Shown here one piece after another: positions 47,172 through 60,029 of a stretch of DNA of 64,000 nt. The stretch lies in assembly GCA_950097015.1 (NCBI GenBank), contig CATNEN010000041.1, positions 930,001 to 994,000 of the forward strand. The letters run 5' to 3'. Source of the DNA: Macrostomum hystrix (lineage: Eukaryota > Animalia > Platyhelminthes). The stretch's first letter is position 1. Each line of letters starts with the position of its first letter. The position numbers and the translations under genes are program-made. The notes under the pieces were generated by a model, which had not been told where the DNA came from, did no database searches, and saw only the letters and a program-made list of their open reading frames with translations.

Positions 47172-48231
47172 TGAGCATAACTGTTTACTGCGGGTATCTT
47201 CTATGAGCCTAAGATCTTTTACAAGTACGGACAATTTCAGATAACAATTAAACAGCGCACTTGTAGCATTACTGGTGTGTTAATCGGAGGTTTTTCGGTC
47301 TTAATCCTATCAGTTTGAAAGCTTCAGTAGTCAAACTTAAAAAACACATTCCAGACTTAAAACGCTTTTTAGAAAGTTTTCGTAAGTTATCGAGCATAAT
47401 TCGGCATAAGTCTTGGCTTCATAATCAAGTGCAAGATAAATTAATTATTTTTTAATCGCGCAATTATACTGGTTAGAATGAAAAGCGGCACGGGTCTTGT
47501 AAAATATAATTGATTAATTTCAGCACTTCTGAGTTCTGAAGAATAGTTTAGTTTTGTTTAAATCTACACTCTGCCGCTTGTATTGCCAGTTCCCCGCTTC
47601 CAAGGCTTTGGCATGTGGCTAACTGTCAGGCAAAGCCATTGCGCCCAGATGGCTGCGTCAGCCTCATTGTTCGCCTTTTCTACAAAAACGCTTTAAATTG
47701 TTACGCCTAGCCTGCGCCTGTGTTTTCTCACAAATCAAAGCAATCAGTTTTACAACGCATCTGTACTTTTCATTCTCTTGATTCATCATGATTCTCGCGG
47801 TATATTTACGTGTTTTAGTAGTAAAAATATACTTTAGTTAATTTACTGTAACATTACAACGCATGTGAGTTCAGTTTGTCCATATTCGTCTAGGCAAGCG
47901 AGACTGAGTTAAGCTGTAGCTTATTTGAATTTAAATCCGACCAAATAGCGTCAGAAACTTTATGCCGAACCCGAGTAGTAGCAGCGTAATCAAACTATTT
48001 GAGTCACTTTTCAAACGAGCCCTGAGCAAATTTTCTTGCTTGAATGATCTACGCTTTTCCGGCATTCATTCTGTATGTTCAGTGGCTGGAGGGCAAATCG
48101 TTTGATAATCAATAATAGTATACCTTCCAGCATGCATGGCCGTGGAACGCCGATGCCATTGCAAACATTTTCAATTGATTCGTCAAAAGCTTCTTCATAA
48201 AATCGTTTAGATAACGGATCTTGATAATTAA

Positions 48232-49550
48232 AGCGTCCATTACCGATGGATCTTCAACAGATCATCTGTTACCCATTGATGGTTAGAGCGTCCATTCCCG
48301 ATGGATCTTCAACAGATCATCTGTTACCCATTGATGGTTAGAGCGTCCATTCCCGATGGATCTTCAACAGATCATCTGTTACCCATTGTTGGTTAGAGCG
48401 TCCATTCCCGATGGATCTTCAACAGATCATCTGTTACCCATTGTTGGTTAGAGCGTCCATTCCCGATGGATCTTCAACAGAACATCTGTTACCCATTGAT
48501 GGTTAGAGCGTCCATTCCCGATGGATCTTCAACAGATCATCTGTTACCCATTGATGGTTAGAGCGTCCATTCTCGATGGATCTTCAACAGATCATCTGTT
48601 ACCCATTGATGGTTAGAGCGTCCATTCTCGATGGATCTTCAACAGATCATCTGTTACCCATTGTTGGTTAGAGCGTCCATTCCCGATGGATCTTCAACAG
48701 ATCATCTGTTACCCATTGATGGTTAGAGCGTCCATTCACGATGGATCTTCAACAGAACATCTGTTACCCATTGATGGTTAGAGCGTCCATTCACGATGGA
48801 TCTTCAACAGATCATCTGTTACCCATTGATGGTTAGAGCGTCCATTCCCGATGGATCTTCAACAGATCATCTGTTACCCATTGATGGTTAGAGCGTCCAT
48901 TCACGATGGATCTTCAACAGAACATCTGTTACCCATTGATGGTTAGAGCGTCCATTCCCGATGGATCTTCAACAGATCATCTGTTACCCATTGATGGTTA
49001 GAGCGTCCATTCTCGATGGATCTTCAACAGAACATCTGTTACCCATTGATGGTTAGAGCGTCCATTCCCGATGGATCTTCAACAGATCATCTGTTACCCA
49101 TTGATGGTTAGAGCGTCCATTCACGATGGATCTTCAACAGATCATCTGTTACCCATTGATGGTTAGAGCGTCCATTCTCGATGCATCGTCAACAGATCAT
49201 TGTTGATCAGAGCGTCCATTCCCGATGGATCTACAACAGAACATCTGTTACTCATTGATGGTTAGAGCGTCCATTCCCGATGGATCTTCAACAGATCATC
49301 TGTTACCCATTGATGGTTAGAGCGTCCATTCTCGATGCATCGTCAACAGATCATTGTTGATCAGAGCGTCCATTCCCGATGGATCTACAACAGAACATCT
49401 GTTACCCATTGATGGTAGAGCGTCCATTCCCGATGGATCTTCAACAGATCATCTGTTACCCATTGATGGTTAGAGCGTCCATTCTCGATGCATCGTCAAC
49501 AGATCATTGTTGATCAGAGCGTCCATTCCCGATGGATCTTCAACAGATCA
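48232..49550. repeat. 55-bp minisatellite, about 24 copies, built of short inverted repeats
   Basis: GATGGATCTTCAACAGATCATCTGTTACCCATTGATGGTTAGAGCGTCCATTCCC units; shorter deletion variants near the 3' end. Confidence 0.95.
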
Positions 49551-50642
49551 TTGAAAGGCTTAGAATGTCCATGGACTTGTTCACAAAGTCCATGCTGCAG
49601 GATCCAGTCCTCGCATGAACGAATACTAACGGAGATGAACAAGGACTGCCTCGTCTTCCTGGTACGTTCAGATAGCTTCAGATAGCGAGCCTGCTTGAAT
49701 AAAGGTCACAGTTCTCCCGACGAGGCCCACAGCAGGTGCAGCTTTAGCTGGCAATTGCTGGCTCGAATAGCAGTTGTATTTTTTCTACAATTACGATGTT
49801 GTTGAAGTGTATGTTGAAGCTTTTCTGCGTGGATGCACTTATGGATGCCTGATGCTGTGAACAAGCCTTCAAGCCTGCGCTGCTTGCAAAGGCCAATGCG
49901 ATCTGTGCATTTCTATTGTGACGCAGAGCGGAATGCCAGTCGCACACTGCAGCAAGCAATATGAGACGCAATATGGAAGCCAAAAGGCATTCGTCTTCAC
50001 AATAGCACCCAACTTTTCCATTTTTTCATACACGAACTAGAAAGAGACCGCCAAGAAATTGTGGCTTCGTTTTGCTCAATTTGCAGCTCGACACAAAGAT
50101 AATTCTTTTTCGCCCCAACACAAAAACTTGCTACATAATTTTTCTGTTTCATTGGCGCTGCAAACGGCAATAGAAGGCAAGGCTATATTTGGGCCAGCTC
50201 TGTCTGCCTGCCCACTCTCTCAGGGGCGTGACTCAGTCAAGCCCAAGTGCAAGCAGTCCGCCCTGACGTACTGAAGTCTCACAGAGGGGAGAGAAGGCGA
50301 TTGGCCCTTTAAGCCGAGCAACAGAGCAGGCAGCCAGGGCGGTTGTGTAGAATTGCATAGGCAGAACACAGCGCAGTTGATTCCGTACTTGCCCCTCTGC
50401 GTGGTCTGTCGGGGACTCCCAGTCGCTAATTTTATCTCGGCAGGGCTGGACTGCGCGCTCTTGTGTCCCTGCGGCCAATCAGCGACGAATTCACGGCGGC
50501 CGGTGAAGCGAGGCCGGTCTGTCTGCCTGTACATCATCAGCAACTGGCCTGCATCTTTCTCAGGCCACTTTAAAGCTGGGGGCTCTAAAGTTCTGGTCCA
50601 AGAGGTGGCAAATCGAGCCGTCCAGCTCTCTGAGTAGAGGCG

Positions 50643-53600
50643 ATGGTGTCCGCTGTATTGCTGCTTTGCTGGACGATCGCCTTCTGGCCTTTGTCAGCCG
50701 CTGTGGAGGTGAGTTTCAATGATTTGACGTCTCTCTGAGGTTCTTTAGGGTCCTACCTGGTTCAACAGGTTGGCAGCTTGTCTGAGAATGCTGCAACCTA
50801 AATAATGCTGATGTGCATTTAGAAAATTTCAGTACATTTTCCAATGAATAAACAATAAACTTAGCAGGATCCTGTCTTTGGTGCAACGACCTGCTTAAAT
50901 GCATGTCAGCAATACTCCATAAAATCTGTGTGGTTAGTTCGCACTTTCCGTCAAAAAAGACTTTGTATCTTGCCCAAATTAATCAGGATAATGTCTGTGC
51001 CTCATTGACCAAATGAATTCGCAATTGCCGCAATAGTGCGGGCAAATAATAGAACGAGTGTTTATCTGCTATTTCCAGACTGCTTATCTTGTTTGGTGAA
51101 GTGCGAGAGTTTTTGCAAGAAAATGACATTTCGAAAATCATTGTAGTCCCTCTCGTGGCTGGCATAGTATGCCCCCTTTAGGGAATTTACCTGTCTGCAG
51201 TTTCGGGCAAAGTTATGCACAGAATTCAAGGTTTTTCGTGCGCAATGAGCCATAGAAGCGCCAAGCCTCGGCTCTCGTGTAAACAAAGCGTTGCACCCGT
51301 GTCTGGCAGTTTAATGCGCCCGTAGTGTATGTTTTCATCCGAGCCTTCAATCAGTTGAAGCCCCCGCCCCAATGCTTGTTGCCTTTTCAGAGCTCCGCAC
51401 ACAAGCCGTCGTTCTCTGCGACCCTGCTGTACATCTACGCCCCGGACCCGGGTAAGCCTGGCTACCGGGGCTCTAGCGCACCGTCTAATAGGCTTCGCAA
51501 TGCCCAGCTCGAGGCGTCGGGATAAAAAGTGTGGTAATGCACTTTTTATGTCATTCCCGTCCTCCCTCCCCATCCCTCCTGCAAAGCTGTACCGAACAGC
51601 GGCGGGTGGTAAGCGGCCGAAAGTTGATGCCGGGCCTTAATTACAAGCCCAACGCCAGCATCAACTCCCCAGAGCATTTTCCTTAAACAGGACATTGCAC
51701 GACGTATGGGCCGCTGGAATCAAAAGCGTCTTACTGTACTTTTGGAACTGTCTGCACAAGGATCAGATGCTGGTGCCAGATCATGGGGAGTATACAAAAG
51801 TGTAAATAAATCATTCCAGTTGAATGGCGCAGTCTGACAGGCAAGCAGCTGCAGGACAATGGCACTCTGCTGATCAGACCCGGCGTTGCCTACAAAGTCT
51901 GGTGCGAAGTCCTGCCCGAGGGCTTGCCGAAAATTCGGGCCAACATTCCTGGCGTCATCGCTTATCGACCGGCAAGTAGCGGTCTGTCTTATCAAGCAGC
52001 TCTCGGGCTAATCTAACTTGATTAAAACTCCAAACGAATGGGGCCTCTTGGTACGCAGCCAAAGCCTGCGTGGTCAGTCGAACCCGCAGCCAGTAGTAGT
52101 TCGTAGTAACCATTCGATAAGAATTTCGGTTTACTCATGCGTTTGCTCGTGCCTTTGCTTGAGGTGTCGGCTATTTGGGCAGAATGTAGAGCTAGCTTCT
52201 TTTTTCACAACCGAATGCATATCACCCACAGGCTCCATTCGGCACGATCGCTCACGTGGAGCTTCAGCGCAACCTGGCTGACACTCTAAAGTCGATCGAG
52301 GCCACTTCAAAGACCGCTAGGCTCTGGTGCGACTACTATAGAGGGAAAGAGAAAATGAGACTGGGAGTCACTCTGAGACCGCTAAGTGAGTATAAAACCC
52401 ATTGGGTGATAATAGCTGTTCTCAAAATGAAAAGATTAGGATTCTGTAATTGATAACATATTTCAGTTGCTGCCAACACAACATGCGACTATTCCACTGT
52501 GAACGGGCTCGCAGCCGAAGGCACTCTAGTGAATTTCACTTGTACATCAACCTCGGGCTTTCCGCGCTCAAGGCACAACTGCAGCATCGTCAGCAAAAGA
52601 AGCGGCATTCGCCCTGTGGCTCAAGTGGCCTCTGTGACCAGCGCTGGTGTAAGTCAAGTGGCCTCTGTGACCAGCGCTGGTGTAAGTCAAGTGGCCTCTG
52701 TGACCAGCGCTGGTGTAAGTCAAGTGGCCTCTGTGACCAGCGCTGGTGTAAGCCAAGTGGCCTCTGTGACCAGCGCTGGTGTAAGTCAAGTAAGTATTTT
52801 TTAAATGAAGCCCACTAGTTTTTCACTTGTTTCCGTGATCCCCTGTGTCACGTATTGCATTTTGTCCTCGGCTGTTTAAGCTTTCGAAATTCCGACCAGT
52901 GTCTGCCACTGAATTTATGAATTTATCTCTGATGGGAGCATAAGCGGACCATAAACCATAAACATAAACGGGACCATAAACAATAAACATAAACAGGACC
53001 GTAAACCATAAACATAAACGGACCATAAACCATAAACATAAACGGGACCTTATACCATAAACACAAACGGGACCATAAACCATAAGCATAAACCGGACCA
53101 TAAACCATAAACACAAACGGGACCATAAACCATAAGCATAAACCGGACCATAAACCATAAACATAAACGGGAACATAAACTACTTAAGTACCCCAAGAAC
53201 GTCTAAAGTAGCTCGTAACGTATAAACACGACGCAAAACTCGTGTTTTCCGCGAAAAGTAAAATGCGAATCTCCCGCTTTGTTTTACACGGTACGGTAAT
53301 GTGTGTTAGTGGATTGTATAACATTCTGGACTTCTATATAGAGTTTTGTTCTGTTTTCCTATAGCATTAAAACATGCAGTATTTAACGATAGTTGAATTT
53401 AACTGTTGCATTTTATAGACCAAGCAAACGTATACCCAGGCATACCTTAAAAGCACAGAGGGCACACTCAGCTAGACTGTGTGCGTCAATAAGCCCTGGA
53501 TGCTAAATTATGCTCCTACTAAGCTCGGATACATTTATGAAGGTCCGAGCGAAAATATATATTATCAAGTGCATCCGTTTAAATTTGAAATCATTTATAA

Positions 53601-55975
53601 AAGTGGCCTTCAAAATTTTGGCTCGTTAGACAGTTATCTCGCTTTCGCATTGTTTGCAGAAAGAAACGGACGTGACAATATTCTCGTTGCCAGTGAATGA
53701 AGACAACCGAAATGCCAGCATAGTGTGCACTGTTGAGCAGAGAATCGAGTACAAAGGCTTCATCGAGTCATTCGAGCAGAAAGTTAGACCGACTGGACTT
53801 TCTGGATTTTCTTGTGAGTTTCTCTGGCACACACAATAATCATAATTGCCGGTGAGCTGCGGGCAATGGAGGCAATTTGGTGGTACTAGACCCGCAACCA
53901 GCAGGGAGGCAATTATACCCATTTCGCTGACTCATGAGCACACACGCACACAGATACAATACGCAGGCACACGTTCACACAGGTGTGTACATCTGCCCTG
54001 ACTTTCTCATCGTCAGGCAGAGTACACTTTCACTGTGCCTTGGAGGTTGGCCCTCAAGGGCGTAAATTGCACGACAAGCCCCCAAGACTTCTCTCCGCGA
54101 CTGCGCCCCAAATGAATGTGGCCTCGCCGAGGCCCCCTCTCTGACACACAAAAGGCAAAGCAGAAGCACAGTTCCATCAAGAACTAATTTGCTTGCACTA
54201 ATTCAATCTTTCAGTTGCCTCTGAGTCGGCGAAGCGCTGCGACCGAATATTGAAGGGCGACTACAGCGTCACGATCCAGTGCAGGTCCGGGGTCGGCATA
54301 CCGGAGACGGAGCACAGGTGTTGGAAGACCAGCAGGGCCAATCAGTCGGGGGCTGCTCCACTGAGGGCCATGGTAGGCTTTCTACGTCGTTTTGCTCAAC
54401 GTTATCGTAGTTTTCCTATTTCGTAACGACGATAAAACAATAGTAGAGAATAGAGAGAATTTGAAATTGCACCTGGCCCAGGTGGGCCATTATACAGCCA
54501 GCGGCACACTGGCACAAGGAACTGAGGCACTGGGGAATCAAGTTTCTTGTTCAATAACAACAACAACAATATACTCATACGCCTAAGTTAGAGTGTCAGA
54601 AGGCTTAGTTCAAGGCCTGGGCGCGCGCACATAGGCAAGTCTTCCGGCAGTGTCCGGCTAACAGGCAGTGGACGTACCCTCCGAGTTCGTGCCTCTCCCC
54701 GCCGAAGTGGGGCCTGCAGCCTCGGCGCTGATCAGGTGGCCTGCCAGCTGTAGTTTATAGACAGACAAGCTTCAGCAAAGATGTAGAGAATTTATTCAGC
54801 TTTCTAATGAAACAAACATTTTTTAAAAATCTTGCACGATATGGAAGCTATCAGTGTTTTTCTCCAAGGTAGATCCGAATTCCCTATCTGCTTAGTGTAT
54901 TTTCGGGATAGGCGGTCAGCCTACACGGCTCCGGAAAAGGGGATTTGTCTCTCCAGCTCCATGCTCTAACCACCAAGCTAAAAGCTCCCTGGGCAGTCCA
55001 AGATATAGTAATTAAACTTAAACAAAAAAACTGAAAAATGTTTAAAACGATATATCCAGTGCTGTTGTCCAGCATTTCCAAAGCACCATTGTAAGCTGCT
55101 TTTCCAATATTTTATAGATTCAAAATGAGACATACGTCACGGAGTTGACGTTCGACAACAACTGGGCGGACCAAGGCTCAACCGTGACTTGCCTGCTGCA
55201 GCAGGGAGCATACTACGCCAAGCGCTTCATCTTGGACATCCCAGGCTTCAAGCAGTCCGCGAAGACCTGTCGATTCTCGCAGCTGATGGACGGCGGACTT
55301 CAAGCGCATTGTTTAACTGGCAGTGGCCTGCCATCATCGCGGCATGTCTGCACAATTCAGTCCAACGGTTCTGAAACTGTCTTACAGCCCGACAATACGG
55401 TTTGAAATTTTGCTTCCGATTCATTTTAACAAATTTTACTTCATTAGGAATGAGTAACTTTTTAGCAAAAAGTACATTGACTACACTTTAGGTGAGTCAC
55501 AACGGCACTCAGTCTACCAGGTTCCTGGCATCAGCGGATGCACTTCTACCTGGATCGAGTGTGCTCTGTACTCTCAGTCAGGACGAATTTGAGCCAGCAG
55601 TTTTTATCCATCGTGTACCAAGTAAGTCTTCCTGAGACAGTGCAGGGGCCAGGCAGGAGCACGGGACTCACCAATGTGCTTGCACTTCTTCCATTTCAGA
55701 GTTCGTTGAGTCCAGAAAGCTGTGCCTCTTCACTAACTCCAGCTGGGAGGTGAGAGCCACCTGCGAATTCTCCTCGGGCCATCCGGTCACTCAGTCGGAT
55801 TGCCAGCTTCACGTGGCCAACAGCTCAGTGATGCTGCGTCTGCAACTCGATAGAAAGGTTAATTAATTACAGATATTAGCATTTAGGACTGACTTTATGG
55901 CAGTAGATGGATGAATGGATGGATGGATGGATGGATGGATGGATGGGTGGATGGATGGATGGATGGATGGATGGG

Positions 55976-56006
<31 letters not shown>

Positions 56007-57783
56007 GTGGATGGATGGATGGATGGATGGATGGATGGATGGATGGATGGATGGATGGATGGATGGATGGGTGGATGGATGGATGGATGGATGGATGGAT
56101 GGATGGATGGATGGATGGATGGGTGGATGGGTGGATGGATGGGTGGATGGATGGATGGATGGGTGGATGGATGGATGGATGGATGGATGGATGGATGGAT
56201 GGATGGATGGATGGATGGATGGATGGATGGGTGGATGGGTGGATGGATGGGTCGATGAAATAGATCGGGCTTCATCGAAGGTCGTTGGTTATCAAGGGCT
56301 AGCGGAGTATGTGGAGTATGTGAATTCGTATTGACCTTCGGGTAGTCCCCCTTGGTTTCTCTAATCCCGGTCTGCGTATCGATTATTTCCTTCCCCTGTG
56401 AGCCCCTCCAGTCTAGCCTACCCTCTCGTTTCTCTTACCTCTCGAGTTGGAGGCTTTGGCTCGCGCTCACCCCTTCCTTTGCTCGCGCCTCGCTTGTTTG
56501 TGCCGCCATTTAATAAATGGTATAAATTGTATTCAATTAGTCTTGTTTCGCAGCATTTGGCCTTCCCGCTCCATTCGCTCGACCCATGCACCAACAGGTA
56601 CATGATGGATGGGTGGATTGATTCATTGATAAAGACGTCTTAAAGGGTTTATACGAGCGTAAAATTCGGAAGAAAAAAAAACTGTAGGAGTAATTTGTTG
56701 TGAGCTTTTCAAACTACTTTAAGTGCAAATTCCGGCCTAAGGTCCCAATTCACTCAACACTGGGAAGACAGATGGGCGCGAGATGAATGCAGAATCAGAA
56801 ACAGAATGCTAAGTAATTGGGGCATACAATTAACGGGACAGGTAACACAAAGCAGCAGGGCTTGTTATGCGCAGTATTTTGTTTCGAAAGAGTTGGTCCC
56901 ACGCATGCAGTGTCATGAGAAATATTTGGCCCAAGTTACATTCTTGTGATCTTTGCACTGCAGAGACTGAGCACCGCAGCACAGCTGTTCAGCAACAGCT
57001 ACTCGGTGAGACTCCCTGGTCCTGGCGTCTCGCACGCTGGTGGTAGCATTGTCTGCCGGTTGCATCAGGACACGATGTTCGCTAAACTGTTTGTCTACCA
57101 CTTTACGGAGTACAGTGAGCAGAATTATTTGATTTGTTTGTTGTGCTTGTCGAAGCCACTCTGACATTTTCATATTATAAGCCACCTCTCTGATTAGATC
57201 GAAGTCCAGCTCAAGGTCAGGAGTCCAAGGCCCAATTCGAAACAAGGACTACTTAAGTAACCTACTTAATAACCGATACTTCAGTCGTCCTTGATTCGAA
57301 ATTTCAGAGCCGAACGCAACCGGACTCGAGGATCCGGAGCTGCGAATGTCAAAGCAGACGATTCTGACTCTGAGCCTCGCCCTGGTTGTGGCTCTGCTGC
57401 TAGTGCTGCTGATGTCGCTGCCCGTTCACGCCCTGCGCCGGTGTCTCAGTCGGAATCGAAAGAACACCGGAGTGACCGTCTACATTGGCCAAGGTGACGG
57501 CCTGTTGGCCACGACTTCTCAGCCCCAACGAAGCATTCCGAAACCACTGAAGCGGCGAGATCCAGCACAATCCCCAGACTACGACCTGTACGATATCGTC
57601 AGCAGCCGTCGTGGCGGCTTTCGCCGTCGGGACGGCATGCCCGACATTGACCAAACGTCCATGTTCGAGTGCGGATACTCCTCAAACATGGCCGTCGCCA
57701 ACAAGCGCAAGTCGGTGCTGGCTGACGCGCTCATCCGGTGCCAGATGGAGCTCGATAGAAGGGAATATCGATTCTCTGTTTAG
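50643..57783 (+). CDS. Immunoglobulin-superfamily single-pass membrane protein with about 5 atypical Ig-like domains. Exons 50643-50708, 51391-51451, 51691-51801, 51841-51971, 52232-52385, 52467-52648 (or later donors to 52789), 53660-53813, 54215-54372, 55118-55399, 55492-55621, 55700-55857, 56964-57114, 57308-57783
   Basis: Signal peptide [19 protein letters not shown]. Repeated half-domain exons ([16 protein letters not shown] / [11 protein letters not shown]; [16 protein letters not shown] / [10 protein letters not shown], etc.) chain in phase. [24 protein letters not shown]; tail with DYDLYDI and C-terminal RFSV. Exons 2-3 are tentative. Confidence 0.8.
52622..52795 (+). repeat. 33-bp repeat x5 spanning an exon end, each unit carrying a splice donor
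   Basis: CAAGTGGCCTCTGTGACCAGCGCTGGT|GTAAGT units at 52622, 52655, 52688, 52721 and 52754, then CAA|GTAAGT at 52790. Confidence 0.92.
52947..53180. repeat. About 25-bp AC-rich repeat (GGACCATAAACCATAAACATAAAC)
   Basis: About 9 diverged units; intronic. Confidence 0.88.
53835..54131 (-). mobile_element. SINE copy 4 (5'-truncated), in an intron of the Ig gene
   Basis: Reverse complement matches the copy 1 body including the intact GTGTAC-TCTGCCTGAC...GTCAGGGCAGA-TGTACAC hairpin; possible imperfect TSD (CTCTG..ACACACAA). Confidence 0.85.
55906..56256. repeat. (GGAT)n microsatellite
   Basis: Read directly; intronic. Confidence 0.96.
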
Positions 57784-58399
57784 CGGCTCGAATCGAATCG
57801 TATAGAATTTCGCTTCCTAATTTCTGAAAGTATATTCACGTATATACAAAAATGTACTTATCTTTAATGAATCAAATTACACCATTCGCAGATGAAACGC
57901 TAGTGCTAGCTAGGACTAGACATGTTGATGTTCGAGCATAGTTTACGATAAAATCGATACAATTTTATGATAAATCACGAGAAGTCACTCAAACATGCAA
58001 ATTTAATTGAATGCGTGCGTCATAGCTATACCTTTTAGAGTCAATTCAGAATTACTTAGCTCTCAAACAAGTTTTCTGTTTATAAATGCCTTCTCTTCTG
58101 AGCACTCTCCCAGAAACCTAGGAATTTACAAGGTTCTCGTGTTGGTCTTTCTACCATGTATTAGTGTATTTTCCGTTTACCAAGTGAGTAGCGTTGTTGC
58201 CCGTTTTTCCTATTCACGTTAACAGTTAATTAGGTTTTTATTTGGCACACAAACCAAGAGTCACAAAGATTATTCCATTTTCGGACCAAGCAAACACATT
58301 ATTTTCAATAAAGTCGCATATATGCTACCCCTGAAAATTTTTCAAGTGTTATACTTAATATCTGAACGGATATTGAAGATAAATCAGTTCTCAACAATG

Positions 58400-58640
58400 A
58401 CTCCGAGACGCGACTAGTCAGGGCTCTGAAATTTTACAGCCGTGTTCACAGATAATGTTTCCTTCCAGATCTGGGTTTTCAGCTTCTTTTGACCACCAGC
58501 CACCAGACTCAGTGAGGTGACGAAAAGTAACTTTTAAAATGGAAGATACCAGAGTGGGGGGACTCGAGGGTCTACAACTCCGAGACGCGACTAGTCAGGG
58601 CTCTGAAATTTTACAGCCGTGTTCACAGATAATGTTTTCT
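58400..58640. repeat. About 60-bp dispersed direct repeat (two copies, about 58400 and 58578)
   Basis: ACTCCGAGACGCGACTAGTCAGGGCTCTGAAATTTTACAGCCGTGTTCACAGATAATGTTT occurs twice; possibly a subterminal repeat of a DNA transposon. Confidence 0.85.
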
Positions 58641-59587
58641 TCCTTATCTTTGCTCTCAGCTGTATATGATGTAATAATCCTGCTAAGCGCAAAATTTGAG
58701 GTTATATTTTTAGTTTTGTTTGCTGAAGTTTACGATTATTATAAAAATAAGAATTTATGCAAACACATTCAGTGAGGTGAGTTTTGAGTTGTGATTTTAG
58801 TAGTTGCGATTGTTAATAAACCGTTTTTTGTATTCTTTTACTTAGTTGGATGAGTAAATTTGTTTTATTCTATGAAAAAAATATTAGAAAACTTTTTGTG
58901 AAAGTTAACGATTTTTGTGTGTTGTGCGCAAGTCCGTCGATATTTATTAATTTTATTCGCAATAATGATATTTTCGGACCGATATATATGTTTTTCATCT
59001 GTTAGAAGTCTTTTTATTAGTTGCTTGTCGATTTTTTGTTGGCTATAACATAACTTGTTTCTGGTACTGGAAGTATAGAATTTACTGAAAGTATAGGCCT
59101 AGACGTAAGTCGTGATAGTACCTGAGGCTATTGTGATTTTTTATTTTAGTAAAAAGGTTTTTCTGGAAGAAGTTAGAAAGAGTCCTAAGGACTAGGAGCT
59201 TATATGCCGCATAAGAGATAGTACTAGGGGAGTTGATGTTAATGAGGTGGACCAGATTAAGAGAGTGCAGAAGAGAGAAAATATTTCGGCATAGGCCTAG
59301 TTCTACTTTACTTCGTTATTTTAATTTCATGTATTTTCTTACTCTTACCACAACCCTTTCAGGAAGTTTCAGCCATTATGGCTAGTTGCCCAGCTGCACC
59401 AACAGTTATTTGCCCTGCAAATGAAATTGTTAATGTTGCTGAGGTTTTTAACTATACTAAAAGAAACAGCTATCCTGCATTTTCGTTCGTTAAATTATTT
59501 TTTCACGTGGAATTAATTTTACATGATCTCACGAGTTCAGCACAGGCAATAAAAAATATTATGGGACATACAGAACACCCGAAAAGT

Positions 59588-59860
59588 TTAAGAAACTTTA
59601 AGAAACGCTAGGTGGCTTCTCTCGAAAAAGGAGCCCTTCCTTATCCTTATGGACTCCTGGCCGTGACACTCCTTGCAAGCCCAAGCCCAGCCATCCACAT
59701 ACCGGTCACCCTGACGACGCTGAAGGCGCATTTGAGGTGCAGCAGGGCAATGGCACCGACGCTCATTTGACAGCAGCCGGTATTTGGCCAGCCAGCGCAT
59801 CAGAGACAGTGTGTCAGTGGTCAAAAAAGCCAAGTCCCGCATCCTTATGAGCGGCAGGTC
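59588..59860 (-). mobile_element. Merlin/IS1595(ISXO2)-like transposase N-terminal zinc-finger fragment (no DDE domain seen)
   Basis: MRWLAKYRLLSNERRCHC...MRLQ...DGWAWACKECHGQESIRIRKGSFFERSHL matches the C-x-C...W-x-C-x2-C...SIR-x-GS-x-F pattern I recognise from Merlin-type transposases; truncated by a stop immediately after. Confidence 0.7.
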
Positions 59861-60029
59861 GCATAGTTCCCCAGTAGGTCTTATCTCAGCTGGTGGGATG
59901 ATAGTAGGCCCCTAGTGGGAGCAGCTGGACGACCCACCATGTGGATGTGCAGTGTGGCTGAAAAAAATGAAAAAATGCAGGATAGCCAAAGAAACTTCGG
60001 AATTTGCAAGATGGTGGAAGCCAGTTGGG

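Noticed and set aside
49744-49983. Secreted peptide ORF (MASILRLILLAAVCDWHSA...)
   Set aside because: A signal-like N-terminus only; weak codon bias and no supporting exon chain.
59378-59611. Third Merlin-related fragment (shares CPAAP with the minus-strand fragment)
   Set aside because: Similarity is limited to about 16 nt; the rest is AT-rich with no zinc-finger pattern, so it is likely chance.
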